A stretch of DNA of 64,000 bases. It comes from Pseudogymnoascus verrucosus (Eukaryota). Below the pieces are notes generated by a model. The model made no database searches. It worked only from the letters and a program-made list of their open reading frames with translations, and was not told the origin of the DNA. The position numbers and the translations under genes are program-made. The stretch lies in NCBI GenBank assembly GCA_001662655.1, contig KV460237.1. One strand, written 5' to 3'. Shown piece by piece: positions 21,601 to 33,177 of this stretch (its first letter is position 1; the number at the start of each line of letters is the position of its first letter).

Positions 21601-22505
21601 CTCGACGAATTCCCTCTCGACAGTCTCCGCGAGGCAGGTGTCTTGCCCCAAGCCCTGCGTATGCTCAACGACAACGAGAATGGTCGCCAAGGACGTGACT
21701 ACCAGGACTAGTTGGAAGCAGTATGGGAGCCATGCAGTTCACTGCTTCAGCGCCCACCGCCGATCACCTGGGAAATAGGTGCAATCCCGCCGAATGACGC
21801 TCGCGCTACCTCGAACGCTATCATTCCTAAATATGGAGTAAGCAAATCATCAACTACGGAGTAGATAGTTTCCAGCCGGGCTAATAATCATTTAGTGGGA
21901 CTCTACTAGTGGATTTGACCCCTACTTCGGAACGTATGTCGTGGGAGCTTCAACCGTTGTCTCTGATCACGGCTTCCGTGTGCACTCTCAAGACCCCCTC
22001 TTTTATCAACACAATTGGGAGGCCCAAAATTACAGCCCCGATCCGCATGGCCTGCCGGCGGCACAGCGGCCTACAGACGTTGTGAGTGCGCACTTGGCGA
22101 GGAAACGCTGGGGCGAGGAGCAGGCACAACATCTTCATCTAGACGTCGACATCACCATCACTGCTGGCGACTTGATTCCACTCCCTACAATCAACGTTGG
22201 CATAGATGACAGTTCGAGTGCGCAACAGGACCTTATGGAGGAGACAGCGAGGGTTAGGAAGTTGTTGCACCGAAGGGATGCCTGCGCCGACGGTGGTGGA
22301 GATACCTGCTGAAAGGACTGATGCCAACCTTGGACATATGGCCACGAGAACCGAGGCGGCAAGGCTGCCCCCCCACCGTGACCCTATAAATAACAACGTG
22401 GAAACTGAGGATAGTGATGACGAGTGGGGAAACTTGGAGGAGCGGCAGAGGCTGCACCAGAAGTACGAGCATCTAAGGAGACATGCGCATGCACATGCGA
22501 ACTGA
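18645..22505 (+). pseudogene. Subgroup C (killer-toxin-alpha-like) GH18 chitinase with two CBM18 domains and a C-terminal extension; disrupted
   Basis: Signal peptide MKLDTTFRLTALAVAGLL; CBM18-like modules; IAYYESW, THLNFAF, IAIGGWSFND, FDEADIDWEYPG, MSYDIHG, GGTMIWAID. Lesions: in-frame TAG 19219-19221, 1-nt frameshift in the A6 run at 20489-20494, TAA 21122-21124, TAG 21709-21711. The 3' end is uncertain (22312 or 22505). Confidence 0.88.
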
Positions 22506-22880
22506 GATAGGAATAGTAATTAAGGGGTATATGTTAAGTTTACTCAAAAAAACAAATCCCTTCTGATTCTGTTGTTCATAGGGCTCTAACCACACCGTCA
22601 TATATAAAAAAAGACCACCGCTTGTGAGTCGTCAGGATATGAGTCACGTGACCACACGGGGCAAACTACGTGCAGATCGCCTACTGGTCTGCCCCGCTAC
22701 TGTGGGGTTTGGGCGAGCCTCGGTTTAGGCAATGAGGGAAAAGGGGAAGGCGTCCTAATCTCAACTTTAACCACAGTCGATTCTTACCAAGCCTCAAACT
22801 ATGTCTTTTCTTACATTATAAAGGCGTGCCTAGTTATGGTTATAATTGATTCGTATTTGTATCAGCTATAAATATAGAAT

Positions 22881-25258
22881 ATGGCGTCAAATACCACGCA
22901 TGATCGTCATCGGCTCCAGTGTGATCACCCCCGTTGCAAGAGGTCATACTTGCGAGCAGAACATCTAAATCGACACAAGCTTACTCGTACGCTTTCCAAT
23001 TGAAGCCTCCGTCTAATGGCTAATAAAATTATAGATAAACAACGTGCTTTTGCATGTTATCTCTGCAACCGGCAATTTACTCGGAAGTGGGTGATTGCGA
23101 CCAAGGGATTTTCTATCGCATCGGTCTCTACTAATGTCCTCTTAGTGATTTGCTTCAGGTCCATCTCCGAAGACACGAGAGTAGAACCCTTGAAAATACT
23201 GAGACCCAGCGGGATCCTACACCGCCACATCAGGGGCATCGTGATGCCTTGCTAAGAAGAACCAACCCGCTGTGGAATGAGGGCTTGTCCATTCCAACCT
23301 TTCACGGAAGGCCAATCTTCGCTACGTCCAATGTCACAGAACCATTAGATTCCATATCTCTTGAAGAGGAATCAGCGTTTGAAAATTCCAACTTACTACA
23401 CCATGGATTTACTACAACCTCAGAGGATGCTTACCTAGAAGAATATGAGGGTCTACAAATATCAGATGAGAGCCATAGGTCTTTGATGGAGGAGTTCCCC
23501 GTAAGCCAAAATCTTCTGTAGTCTGAAACAAAATTGTGTTAGAAGAGACTAATAGTACCTAACAGGGACTTAATTATATCCTAAAAGACAAGGGTGTTAT
23601 AGAGGGATACTTCGAATATGGACTTACATATTTAGATGCCAACATGCCCTTCGTTCATGTGCCCACGTTACATATGTTACCGCTTTCGTCTCTTCTCCTC
23701 CTGGCGATTTGCTGTTTGGGGGGAATACTCAGCCCGATCTCTGATGCCAAACAAGCAGCAAGAATATTCGAAAAAAGTATTCTCCAACAGATACAGTCTG
23801 TAAGTATATATATCACGGGTAGATTTTGTTTACCCTATTCTAACATCATATTAGGCCATTTTAACTGAACTAGAGCCATCTAATGACTCTTTACAAGTAA
23901 TGTAAGCATACACGCTAGCAGCCTGGCAGCTTCTATCGTAAAGACTAACGAACTTTAAGGGTGATAGTCGAATATATAGGGCATTATTCTTCAACTGGTG
24001 AACAACATAGAATAGCCAATTTAATCCATGAATTGGTTATACTTGTAAGTTTGCTTTGATAACTACGGGATTGCTCTCTAGCTACTGATGTCGTCTTCTA
24101 TTAGCACGTCCGACGCAAACGCCTTTCACTTCACAGTTATGATGCCAGCGTATGCGGTGAAGAGTCCCTTAACGGCCGATGGAGAAGCTGGGCACAGCAT
24201 GAAGCCTTGATCAGGTAAGAATCATCGTTATAGATTTATTTAAAACTAATCTCATCTCGTAGATTGGTGCATTGCCTCTTTCTTAACAATACTCTACATT
24301 CCATCCATTTCACGTATCCAAACCTACAGCTAGCCAGCTTGCTAAAGCTTCCTCTTCCATGTTCATCGAACCTGTGGAACGCCAAAACGCTAAATGAGTG
24401 GAAAAGAGAGGTTTCCCAAATTAAACCTGAAGTAGGAACTTGCTACCTACAAACAGCAATGCGAATCCTTTTAGGAGACAGTCAAAGATCCGATAACAGA
24501 ATAGTCCAGGGAGATTTCGAAGAGAATCCGTTCTCCATGTGCATCTTAATACAAGGTATTGCATCCGCAGTAATCGAACTCAACCAAGCGATGCCATCTA
24601 CTTCTTCGAATGCAGTTCGACTCCTCAAATCAGCAGACTTCAAAGCTGCCTTAGCTCAGTGGTGGGAGCACTTCAGCAAAATGGACGACAAAATACGAGA
24701 AGAAGAGATGGCCATATCGGCTCTCATTTACTACCACTTTACCTACATTCTCTTATATGTGGACGTTAGCAGAATTGCGATGGCAGCTGGTATTCCACAC
24801 GCCCACGATAATGCCGACCCATTGGAACAAGATGGCGAGGCCCAAGCAAATTTAAATGGAGAACGAGTTTACCCCCATCTACTAAAAATCTTACAACTCT
24901 GCTTGGATGAACGACATAAACCTTCGCTAAGGCCATTGGATAGAGGTTATACTGAATTTCTAACGGTGCTCATATACTCTGTGTACCTCACAGAGCTCGA
25001 AGATCAGAAAACACGGCAACCAGATCGAAACCGAGACAGGACAGGGGAGCATCTTCAACCAATCGCCCCCTTAGATCTTATTGCAATGAAAATCGATGTA
25101 CACAGAACTATGAGGGCTGTGCAAGATCGACTAGTTTGCAGCTCTTGGGAGCTAGGTACGTTAGACATACATGCTATGATTAGCTAAACTAATGTTCTGT
25201 AGGTCAAGAGGCTAGTCAAGTTCTCGACTCAATTTTAGGAGGAACAAGTCTCATGTGA
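22881..25258 (+). CDS. C2H2 zinc-finger transcription factor with fungal-specific TF (Fungal_trans-like) domain
   Basis: Spliced fingers CDHPRCKRSYLRAEHLNRHKLTH and CYLCNRQFTRNDLLQVHLRRH; YLDANMPFVHVPTL...LLLAICCLGG; WRSWAQHEALIR; LPLPCSSNLWNA. Many short introns; internal boundaries approximate. Confidence 0.8.
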
Positions 25259-25363
25259 TTTATTTATACGAAGAATAATGACTACATGCTACTTGGTCTC
25301 TGCCGACGTGTATAGATACTGGTGGGCTCCTAGGTGGTGTCCGTGGCCCACCCAGTGCCTCTT

Positions 25364-27215
25364 TTACACACGCGAAACATCCTCAAACTCTACTGCCCTT
25401 TCTTTGGGAGTAGCTGGAGTATCTTCCTGCTGCGCACCACTTGATTCATCATCACATCCAGCCGCCCTATTAAGAACCCTTTCAATCCTCGCCTTGGGCT
25501 CGTGGAGCGTTGCCACAACCTCATCACCAAAGAATGCCGAAATATCCTCCAATGTAACACCCTTCGTCTCCGGCAAGAAAAAATAATACACAAACCCAGC
25601 CGCTGCCGTGCATACGATGAAGACGATATAAAATAAATACCCAATGTCGTTGTATATCTGGAGACCGACCTGCTGAAGAATGACGCTAATGACCTGCCCC
25701 CAAAATGTGGATATGGCCAATCCTTGTGCACGCAGCTTTGTTGGAAATATCTCGGAGAGATAAACCCACACTGTCCCAAACATGAAGACGGAGTACACAA
25801 ATGAATGAACAAAAATGAAGGCAACAGCAGCTGCTTTGCCAGCTTCGTTCGTGGAGCCGGTGTATAGTTTCGAAAGAGGCATGAGAATGATTAAATCGAT
25901 AAGCAACGTTACTGCCCCGATCCCTATAATGAAATCAGCGGGAGACATAAAGCTAGGGCCAAATGAAAGACTTACACATGGAAGTTCTTCGACCCATTCT
26001 GTCAGCCACAAAGCCAATGTTTACCAGGACTCCGACAAAGCCAGCGAGCCCATAAAACCCGGAGAAAAAGAGTGTCTGAAGTCCTGGGAATCCAATCTGG
26101 GTGAAAAGCTGCGATTGATAGGCGGTAATGACTGGTGTTCCGCCCAAATTGTTGAAAACAGTTATGAATATACCAAGTGCTATTCTTTTCCGTGCTGAGG
26201 GGGTTTTGAAACACTCTCTAAATCCGCCTTGGCCTTCGATAGAGATTTGTTCATGCATTTGGGTGAACTCTCTACTGACATAGTCCTCTCCAAGCATACC
26301 GTGGACTCTCATAAGAACTGATGCAGGTCAGCAGATGATATGTTATGCGTAAAAGAAAATCTTACTTTCGTATGCCTCCTGATCCCGCTCTTTCTTTATC
26401 ACTGGGACGTGTTAGACCGTTTTAAAAAGGGGAGAGAGAATTCCATACACCACCGAGGAGATTCTGGAAGGAAGAATCCCCCAACGAAAAGGATTACTGC
26501 GAACGGAGCTTGGCAGCCAAGTGGGATTCTCCATTGTGCATTTCCAGTTGCGAAAAAACATGCGTAGCCGACCCAGTTCGAGCAGAGAACACCAAAGGAG
26601 GCCATGGCAGCAAACAGACCAACAATCATTCCTCTGTACTTGGGCAGGGCAAGCTCTGCATTGTACACCGGGACTATTGATAGTAGGACTCCAATTGGAA
26701 GGCCTGCAATGACTCGACCAGCAATGATCATACCGATGTTTATGGCAGCTGTCTGTATAACGGTCCCGACAATGACTGTAGCTGACTTAGATAAACGAAT
26801 GGCAGACACTACATTTTGCATGCTTACCGACAGCGGCGGATCCAACAATGCATCTCTTTCTTCCAAATCGATCTGCCATCCATCCGGAAGAAAGCCCTCC
26901 AATTGCTGTTCCAGCCGTGTACGTCGATGCTATAGTTCCTGAATCGGTGAGGACTCTGCCTATTCTTAGTGAAAGGGTACACAATACCTGTCAAAACCGC
27001 ATTGCCAAGCTTGTTGTGAAACATATAGATTTTAAAGCTAGGATGGGCGATGGTTGTACTAAAGATGCCTAAGTAGTTGTTAGCTCACAGCACAAGCTGT
27101 GGTGAAGCACACGTTTACCAGTATCAAAGCCGAGTAGAAAGGCACCGATGCAGGAGAAGACGGCGCAGAGCAAGCTGGCCGTCGGAATGCCAAATGTCGA
27201 TCGGCCTAATTCCAT
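25364..27215 (-). CDS. Sugar porter (MFS) transporter
   Basis: MELGRSTF...GAFLLGFDTG, ADRFGRK, GRVIAG, VPVYNAE, LPESPRW, ADRMGRR, WVYLSEIFPTKLRAQG, FFLPETKGVTLEDI; multi-exon. Confidence 0.92.
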
Positions 27216-27370
27216 TTTAAATGTAAGATCGGGGAGAACAAAATATTATTGTGAGGGGATAAGTGGACGAGGGTCTCTCCTTTATCTATGCGTCAAATCT
27301 CCTTCAGCGGAAGCTCTTTATACCAGGGGATCTAAGGGACACACAGTATGTACTCCACATCAATTATTTC

Positions 27371-27396
27371 CCCCGCAAAACCCCGCATTTCCCCAG
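27371..27396. promoter_or_regulatory. Three CreA/Cre1-type sites (CYCCRS) at 10-bp spacing
   Basis: CCCCGC 27371-27376, CCCCGC 27381-27386, CCCCAG 27391-27396, in the divergent promoter of the sugar porter and the GH2 gene. Confidence 0.55.
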
Positions 27397-28031
27397 ATTC
27401 CTGCGTATTACTTGCAACCCACTGCATACCTCGGGATGTCAATATGATTTCTCCGCATTTTTGGAGCTGTGAGAGCATCCCATCCCGTTCTGAACATTCA
27501 GTTTTAACCCCTCATCCCACTCGCTTATTTACATCCCGTTTTACGACCCACCTTAACCCCTCTCTCCGCTCAACTATGGTAGGGAACGAAATCCGTTCCC
27601 CAACAATTCAAGTCAAGTGTCTCGTGTCTGACCCGAATTTCCGAGTCCGAATTACAAAGATACTCTTTTTAGCCTCTTGCTCCGTTCTTTTGGCGTTTCA
27701 TTGGATTGCGGTTGAACTGCGCTCTGACACGAGAAATCATTAGCCCAAGGGAAGTTTTCCCGAACTGTTACTATCATCCCGTTTCCACTTGATATCTGTA
27801 ATATTGTGGTATATCATGAGGCAAAATGATGAAGCATGCATGTGTTTAACGGGATGTATGTTCTTAGCTCTAATAGATAAATAATGCTAGATCGATATTG
27901 GCCGAGGCTCTCTATAAAATCAAAGTATATCATAAACTCTAAAAGCCCATATTGGCCTTCAAATTTTACGCTTGATTTTTTTAACTTCTCCTGCTCTAAC
28001 AGAATCTCGAGCTCATTAGAATACTTTCTCA

Positions 28032-30832
28032 ATGGCCGGATACACAAACCAAACTCTCAGGTCTGGCTGGGAGTTTAAACAAGTCGGAGCGACTGAGGTC
28101 CCGGAATGGACTTGCGGATTTCTGCCAGTGGCACAATTTCCTACTAACGTCCATCTTGATCTTATGGCCCACGACAAAATACCGGATCCTTTTATTGGAC
28201 TAAACGAATACAAAGTTCAATGGGTTGGAGAACAACAATGGTTGTATAGAACCACATTCGAATGCCCCTCGGTCTCAGGCCGAAAGACCATCCTGCAATT
28301 CGATGGCCTTGATACCTTTGCGATTGCCTCTCTGAACGGAACAAAAATCCTAGAAGCGGAGAATATGCACCGCATCTTTCGAGCTGATATCACCGGGACT
28401 GTGGAAGAGGGCGTAAACGTGCTGGAGATTCTGTTTGACAGCGCTATCATCAGGGGAAAGCAACTGATGAAAGAGACTGGGTTTAAACCCGTAGGTTTTA
28501 CATCATCTACTGATAAAAGCCGTCTTCTGGTTCGGAAAGCCCAGTATCATTATGCCTGGAATTGGGGTACGTTTAAAATCTTTTTGGAGGCCAATTTGCT
28601 AATAGTCAACAGGCCCTGAGCTTACAACTTGTGGACCATGGCGCCCAATCCATCTCGAACAATACTCAGCTCGGATCTCTGACTTACATGCCAAAGTGGA
28701 AATATCTGTTGCAGACAAGACATCATCTATATCTATTTCAGCAGAGGTCGAGGGTGGGAAAGAAGGGGACATCATCAAATATGCTTTGACCGGTCCTGAT
28801 GGAGCTTCTATATCGACGAGCAGCGTGAAGGTCACTGAAAATAAGGCAACTGATCGATTTGAGGTGCACGACGCCAAATTTTGGTGGCCTGTTGGTTACG
28901 GAGAACAGCCACTATATACCATTGACGCTCACCTCATTCGAGAGGTTAGTGTATTGGATTTTTATTTGAGATCCGTCTGACTTTTTTTCCAGGGAATAAA
29001 TATACATCAACGAAGTCGAAAGCTAGGCCTCAGAACTGTATCTTTAGTACAGCGACCCATTGTTGATCAGCCAGGGACAAGCTTCTTCTTCGAAGTCAAC
29101 GACGTACCAATATTTAGTAGTGGATCGAACTGGTGCCCCGCAGATCACTTTGTTCCTCGTGTCACCCCCGAGAGATATCGCACGCTGTTGCAGATGGTTG
29201 TTGATGGGAATCAAAATATGCTACGGTCAGTTTTAGTCAATTTAACACTCAAGTTTTCAATCACTAATGTGTATATAGTGTTTGGGGCGGTGCAATCTAC
29301 GAGGACGATGTTTTCTATGATATCTGCGATGAACTTGGGATCCTGGTGTGGAATGACTTCATGTTCGCATGTGGCACATACCCAGCAGATGAAGACTTCC
29401 GTGGCCGCATCACCGAAGAAGTTGAAGATAATATCAAGCGCCTTCGTCACCATCCCTCTATTGTTGCATGGTCTGGTAATAACGAGGACTACCTATTTGC
29501 CGAACTATTTCACACCTCCTACGATATCAACGACCCAGATCCCGACAACTGGCTAAAGACAACGTTCCCTGCACGATATATTTATGAAAAGATGCTCCCA
29601 GAGATTTGCAAGAAGCTCATTCCCGATACTCCATACCACCCTGGATCGCCATGGGGCGGGAAGTATTTCAACGACCCAACTATTGGAGACACACACATGT
29701 GGGAGGGTGAGTACGAATCCATCTGATGACGAGTGCAGTTACTAATAGACAGTCTGGCATCATGTATCTCGTCCATGGCAGGAGTACCCAAAACTCGGAA
29801 GTCGATTCATTTCCGAATTTGGAATCTCATCTCTTCCTCATTTAGACACAATCGAATCATTCCTCATTGACTCGCCGCCATCAGAGAGACATCCCAATTC
29901 CCGCACCATCGACCATCACAACAAGGAACTGCAGCACGAACGAAAAATGGCTACATACCTCGTGGAAAACTTCAAATACGGATTTGGCTTGGAAGAATAT
30001 ATTTATATTACACAGCTAAACCAGGCCGAGGCTATGACTTGCGCCCTGAGAGCCTGGAGACGAGAGTGGAAAGGAACAGGAAAGGAGTATTGTGGTGGAA
30101 GTCTCATATGGCAGGTTCGTATAATTCTTCTTCAGTTACGTATAATGCTACTAGACTAATTGTTCAAAGTTTAATCCTACGTGGCAAGTCACGTCGAAGG
30201 CCCTGGTGGATTACTTCAACCGTCCGAAAATGTCCTACTTCACAGTCAAGCGAGATATTGCGCCAATATCTCTAGGAATGGAGAGGAAGGAGATCAAAAC
30301 TCCCCGTTCGGAATTTACCAGGGCGTTCATTGATACCGAGACTCGTATCTTGGGATGGGCGACAAATGTTACCCTTAAGCCTGTTTCCTACTTGCTGACT
30401 ATAAAGGCATTTGAATTGTCTACTGGGAAAGAGTTGTTTTCCCAGACAAAGGTCCAGGAGTTGGGGGCCAATATTACAACGGAGCTGTTTGACATTGAGT
30501 TGCCAAGGCCGTGTATAGTTGATGAGCCCGTTATCATGTCCACGTGCCTACAGACCGAGCAAGGTACTACTATCGCACGTTGCACGAACTGGCCCCAACC
30601 ATACCGCTATATAAACATGCCGAAACCGAAGCTTGTTATTGGAATTGACGGTGATCGGATCTCGGCACGAGCAAATGTACCGGTGAAAGGACTGGCCTTT
30701 TACGTCAAGGATGTTGATGCGGTAAGCTTCGATGACAATATGCTCGATCTTGTGCCTGGCGATGTGCAAGAGATTGTCGCGCGTGGATTGAATGGCAAGG
30801 CTGTAACCTGGAGATACTATGGTATGGAGTAA
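28032..30832 (+). CDS. GH2 beta-mannosidase (intracellular type)
   Basis: VAQFPTNVHLDL...IPDPF, LQFDGLDTFA, VRKAQYHYAWNWGP, WWPVGYGEQPLY, GSNWCPAD, WNDFMFACGTYP, RLRHHPSIVAWSGNNED, RFISEFG, GGSLIWQ; no signal peptide; several introns. Confidence 0.92.
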
Positions 30833-31296
30833 TTTATTTTGGCACTTTGACCCATTGGGTCAATGGACTGCTAGAAAGATGGTGTAAGCGTATTAGGGGG
30901 TTGAACTTATAAGATTGTTAAAATACTGGGGAGCAAAGGCGCCGAAATTAACGCGCAAGGAGGACATTATGGAAACGCGCTTAGGCGCCATTATTTAGGG
31001 GCCACAAGATCATTTTAGCGCTGCTAAATAGGGTGTAAACATCTCAAACAGATAGAGACCCTTCCCACATGTGCTATCATTAATCTCGTTCATATAAGCT
31101 CAAGGCTGTGTGCATGTGTGCCGCTGTGTACTGTTAGCAGGATCAAGACTATTAAAACTATAATGGCTCTAATAGCCCTTATAGTTCTAATATATATATA
31201 TTCTATGAGATATGCTATACTTATTAGAAGTGCTAATCTATATATATATTTTGTAGTAGCAGTACTCTCTTTTTTTTATAGGACAGAACATAGTTA

Positions 31297-32670
31297 CTAC
31301 GTACTCCCATACTCTCTAATCCGAAACGTCGCCCATCTAGACGCCGTAGGACTTCCTATTAGACGCGACCGAAGCGTATAGTAAGAAATAGGTTGATTGA
31401 TATCATCCCTGCCCCGCTCTAGTGATTCACCTCCAAGTCCGGTTTCACCATACACAAGCCTCGACGGTCCAGCTCCGAGGAACAGAACCATATGCGATGG
31501 CCGTTCACCCATCTCGTACAAGACGTCAAAGTTCAACTTGGTGATTGAGGTCGCTGAGCTTGTGCAGTAATCAAAGATCGACCTAAATGTTCCTAACGAT
31601 AGGGTGACACTCTCCAGAGAGAGCTCGCTGACTCTCGTCCGCTTGATGAATGCAAGCAAGTCAGTCTCCGTAGCGTAGATACCCCGAAGCGTAGAACGGG
31701 TCAGGTTTGGCAGACTATTTAGGGCGACGAGACGTTGTAGGAGTCGCTCATGGCACCAGTCCCTAGAATATAGCAGTCCTTGAAGCTCCCCGCGATGGCT
31801 AAAGTAGTGGAGTTCGAAGCTCTCAAGATTCTTCGAGAGTTGAAAGAGACTTGCGAGTCCCGTAAAATTTCTTTCCTCTTGAGCTATGGATACGTCATTT
31901 TCGTCGTAGTGATTTCGAGATCCTCGTGTTGTCCCGTTATCAGTTCTGACATGCCCTTTTTCGTCTTCATCAAGCTTGTAGACTCGATTAGAAAGGCTGA
32001 TGGAGAGTGATCGCATGGACGAGAGAGACTCGACCAGGCCCTCGCTGTCCCAATCAACTTTGCTGAGCGCATTGCAAGGTAAGCTGCGCCGCTGCTGTCC
32101 TGGACCATTAAACATGTTGAGACTGTCGATTCGCAATTGACTTGTCGCCAACGCTCTGAAAGTAATGTGAAATGCGTCTACTGCTGCCTCCGACAAGGGT
32201 CTCCAGTCATATTCTCCGCGCGGATTGGCGGGCTCAATCCTCGCTTTGAGATGGGGGGGAATCGCTACCTTGAGGGACAACGACGCAAGCCTTCCAGTGG
32301 GACCATTTCTTTTGAGCGCGATGAAGGACTGGCTGAGCAAGAATTCTTTGTTTTTCCTCCATAGTTGCACTCCCCCTTGCCGTGTTCGTCGGGGTGCGTC
32401 ATCATCGCCGCCGGCAATACCGCTCAGAGTCACTTCCTTTACATGGCAGCAGAGTCCCTCGGCCTGCGTTGCCACAGCACATGCACGAAGCGCCTGTTCT
32501 GTTAATTCGATATGTTTCGATCGGAACAAGGCCTTGACGCCGTATGATGAGGAGGATTTGATTGCCAGAGTCTTGCAGCTTAACCTGAGGCTGCGGATCG
32601 CGTCCGGCTCCAGGTGGTTGATTATCTCGTTGATTACATCAAACGGGCAGTTTTCAATTAAAGGACCCAT
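31297..32670 (-). CDS. F-box domain protein
   Basis: N-terminal LIENCPFDVINEIINHLEPDAIRSLRLSCKTL F-box-like motif, followed by an LRR-like region; intronless 457 aa. Confidence 0.78.
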   Translation of the reverse strand: MGPLIENCPFDVINEIINHLEPDAIRSLRLSCKTLAIKSSSSYGVKALFRSKHIELTEQALRACAVATQAEGLCCHVKEVTLSGIAGGDDDAPRRTRQGGVQLWRKNKEFLLSQSFIALKRNGPTGRLASLSLKVAIPPHLKARIEPANPRGEYDWRPLSEAAVDAFHITFRALATSQLRIDSLNMFNGPGQQRRSLPCNALSKVDWDSEGLVESLSSMRSLSISLSNRVYKLDEDEKGHVRTDNGTTRGSRNHYDENDVSIAQEERNFTGLASLFQLSKNLESFELHYFSHRGELQGLLYSRDWCHERLLQRLVALNSLPNLTRSTLRGIYATETDLLAFIKRTRVSELSLESVTLSLGTFRSIFDYCTSSATSITKLNFDVLYEMGERPSHMVLFLGAGPSRLVYGETGLGGESLERGRDDINQPISYYTLRSRLIGSPTASRWATFRIREYGST

Positions 32671-33177
32671 TATGCAAGCGTCGACTTTTCGGTTCTTGAG
32701 CTAGAATAGACAGATGTGCTATATTGACGGGAAAGGACCGGTAGTATGCTGTCTCCTCTTTGGTCATTAGATCGCATTAATGTTAAGTTAAATCAGATGT
32801 AACTTAGAACAAACAGGCAGACGCCCCTTCGCTCAGTCGGAGTAAGCGACATGCGTTCGGAACCACCAAATGTGCCAAGTACCTCTATATAGTCGTTTAC
32901 CTAAGACTTTAAGTGCTATCAAAGGATGAATGAGGTGGGATGTGGATTGGGAAGGGATGCGATTTGTGGATTGCCACCTTATCATGGGATTTCAATGCTG
33001 GAAACGGTAGCGGTCGAAGTGAAGATCTTTTTATTTCTCCTATAGTCTATATATCCGCTATCAAATGCGGTAAATTCCAAAGCCAAACACCGCCCAATGC
33101 AAATACCTTACAACACCCGCCATATTATTACAGATGCCATGCATGCACTATCTATACAAGACTCATACCTCGTCTAT

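Noticed and set aside
22643..22652. Palindrome GTCACGTGAC (Cbf1/E-box-like) upstream of the C2H2 TF
   Set aside because: A single short site; function cannot be supported from sequence alone.
1..33000. Starship or other giant mobile element carrying the accessory region
   Set aside because: No captain recombinase, transposase or terminal repeats are visible in the window; it remains possible but unsupported.
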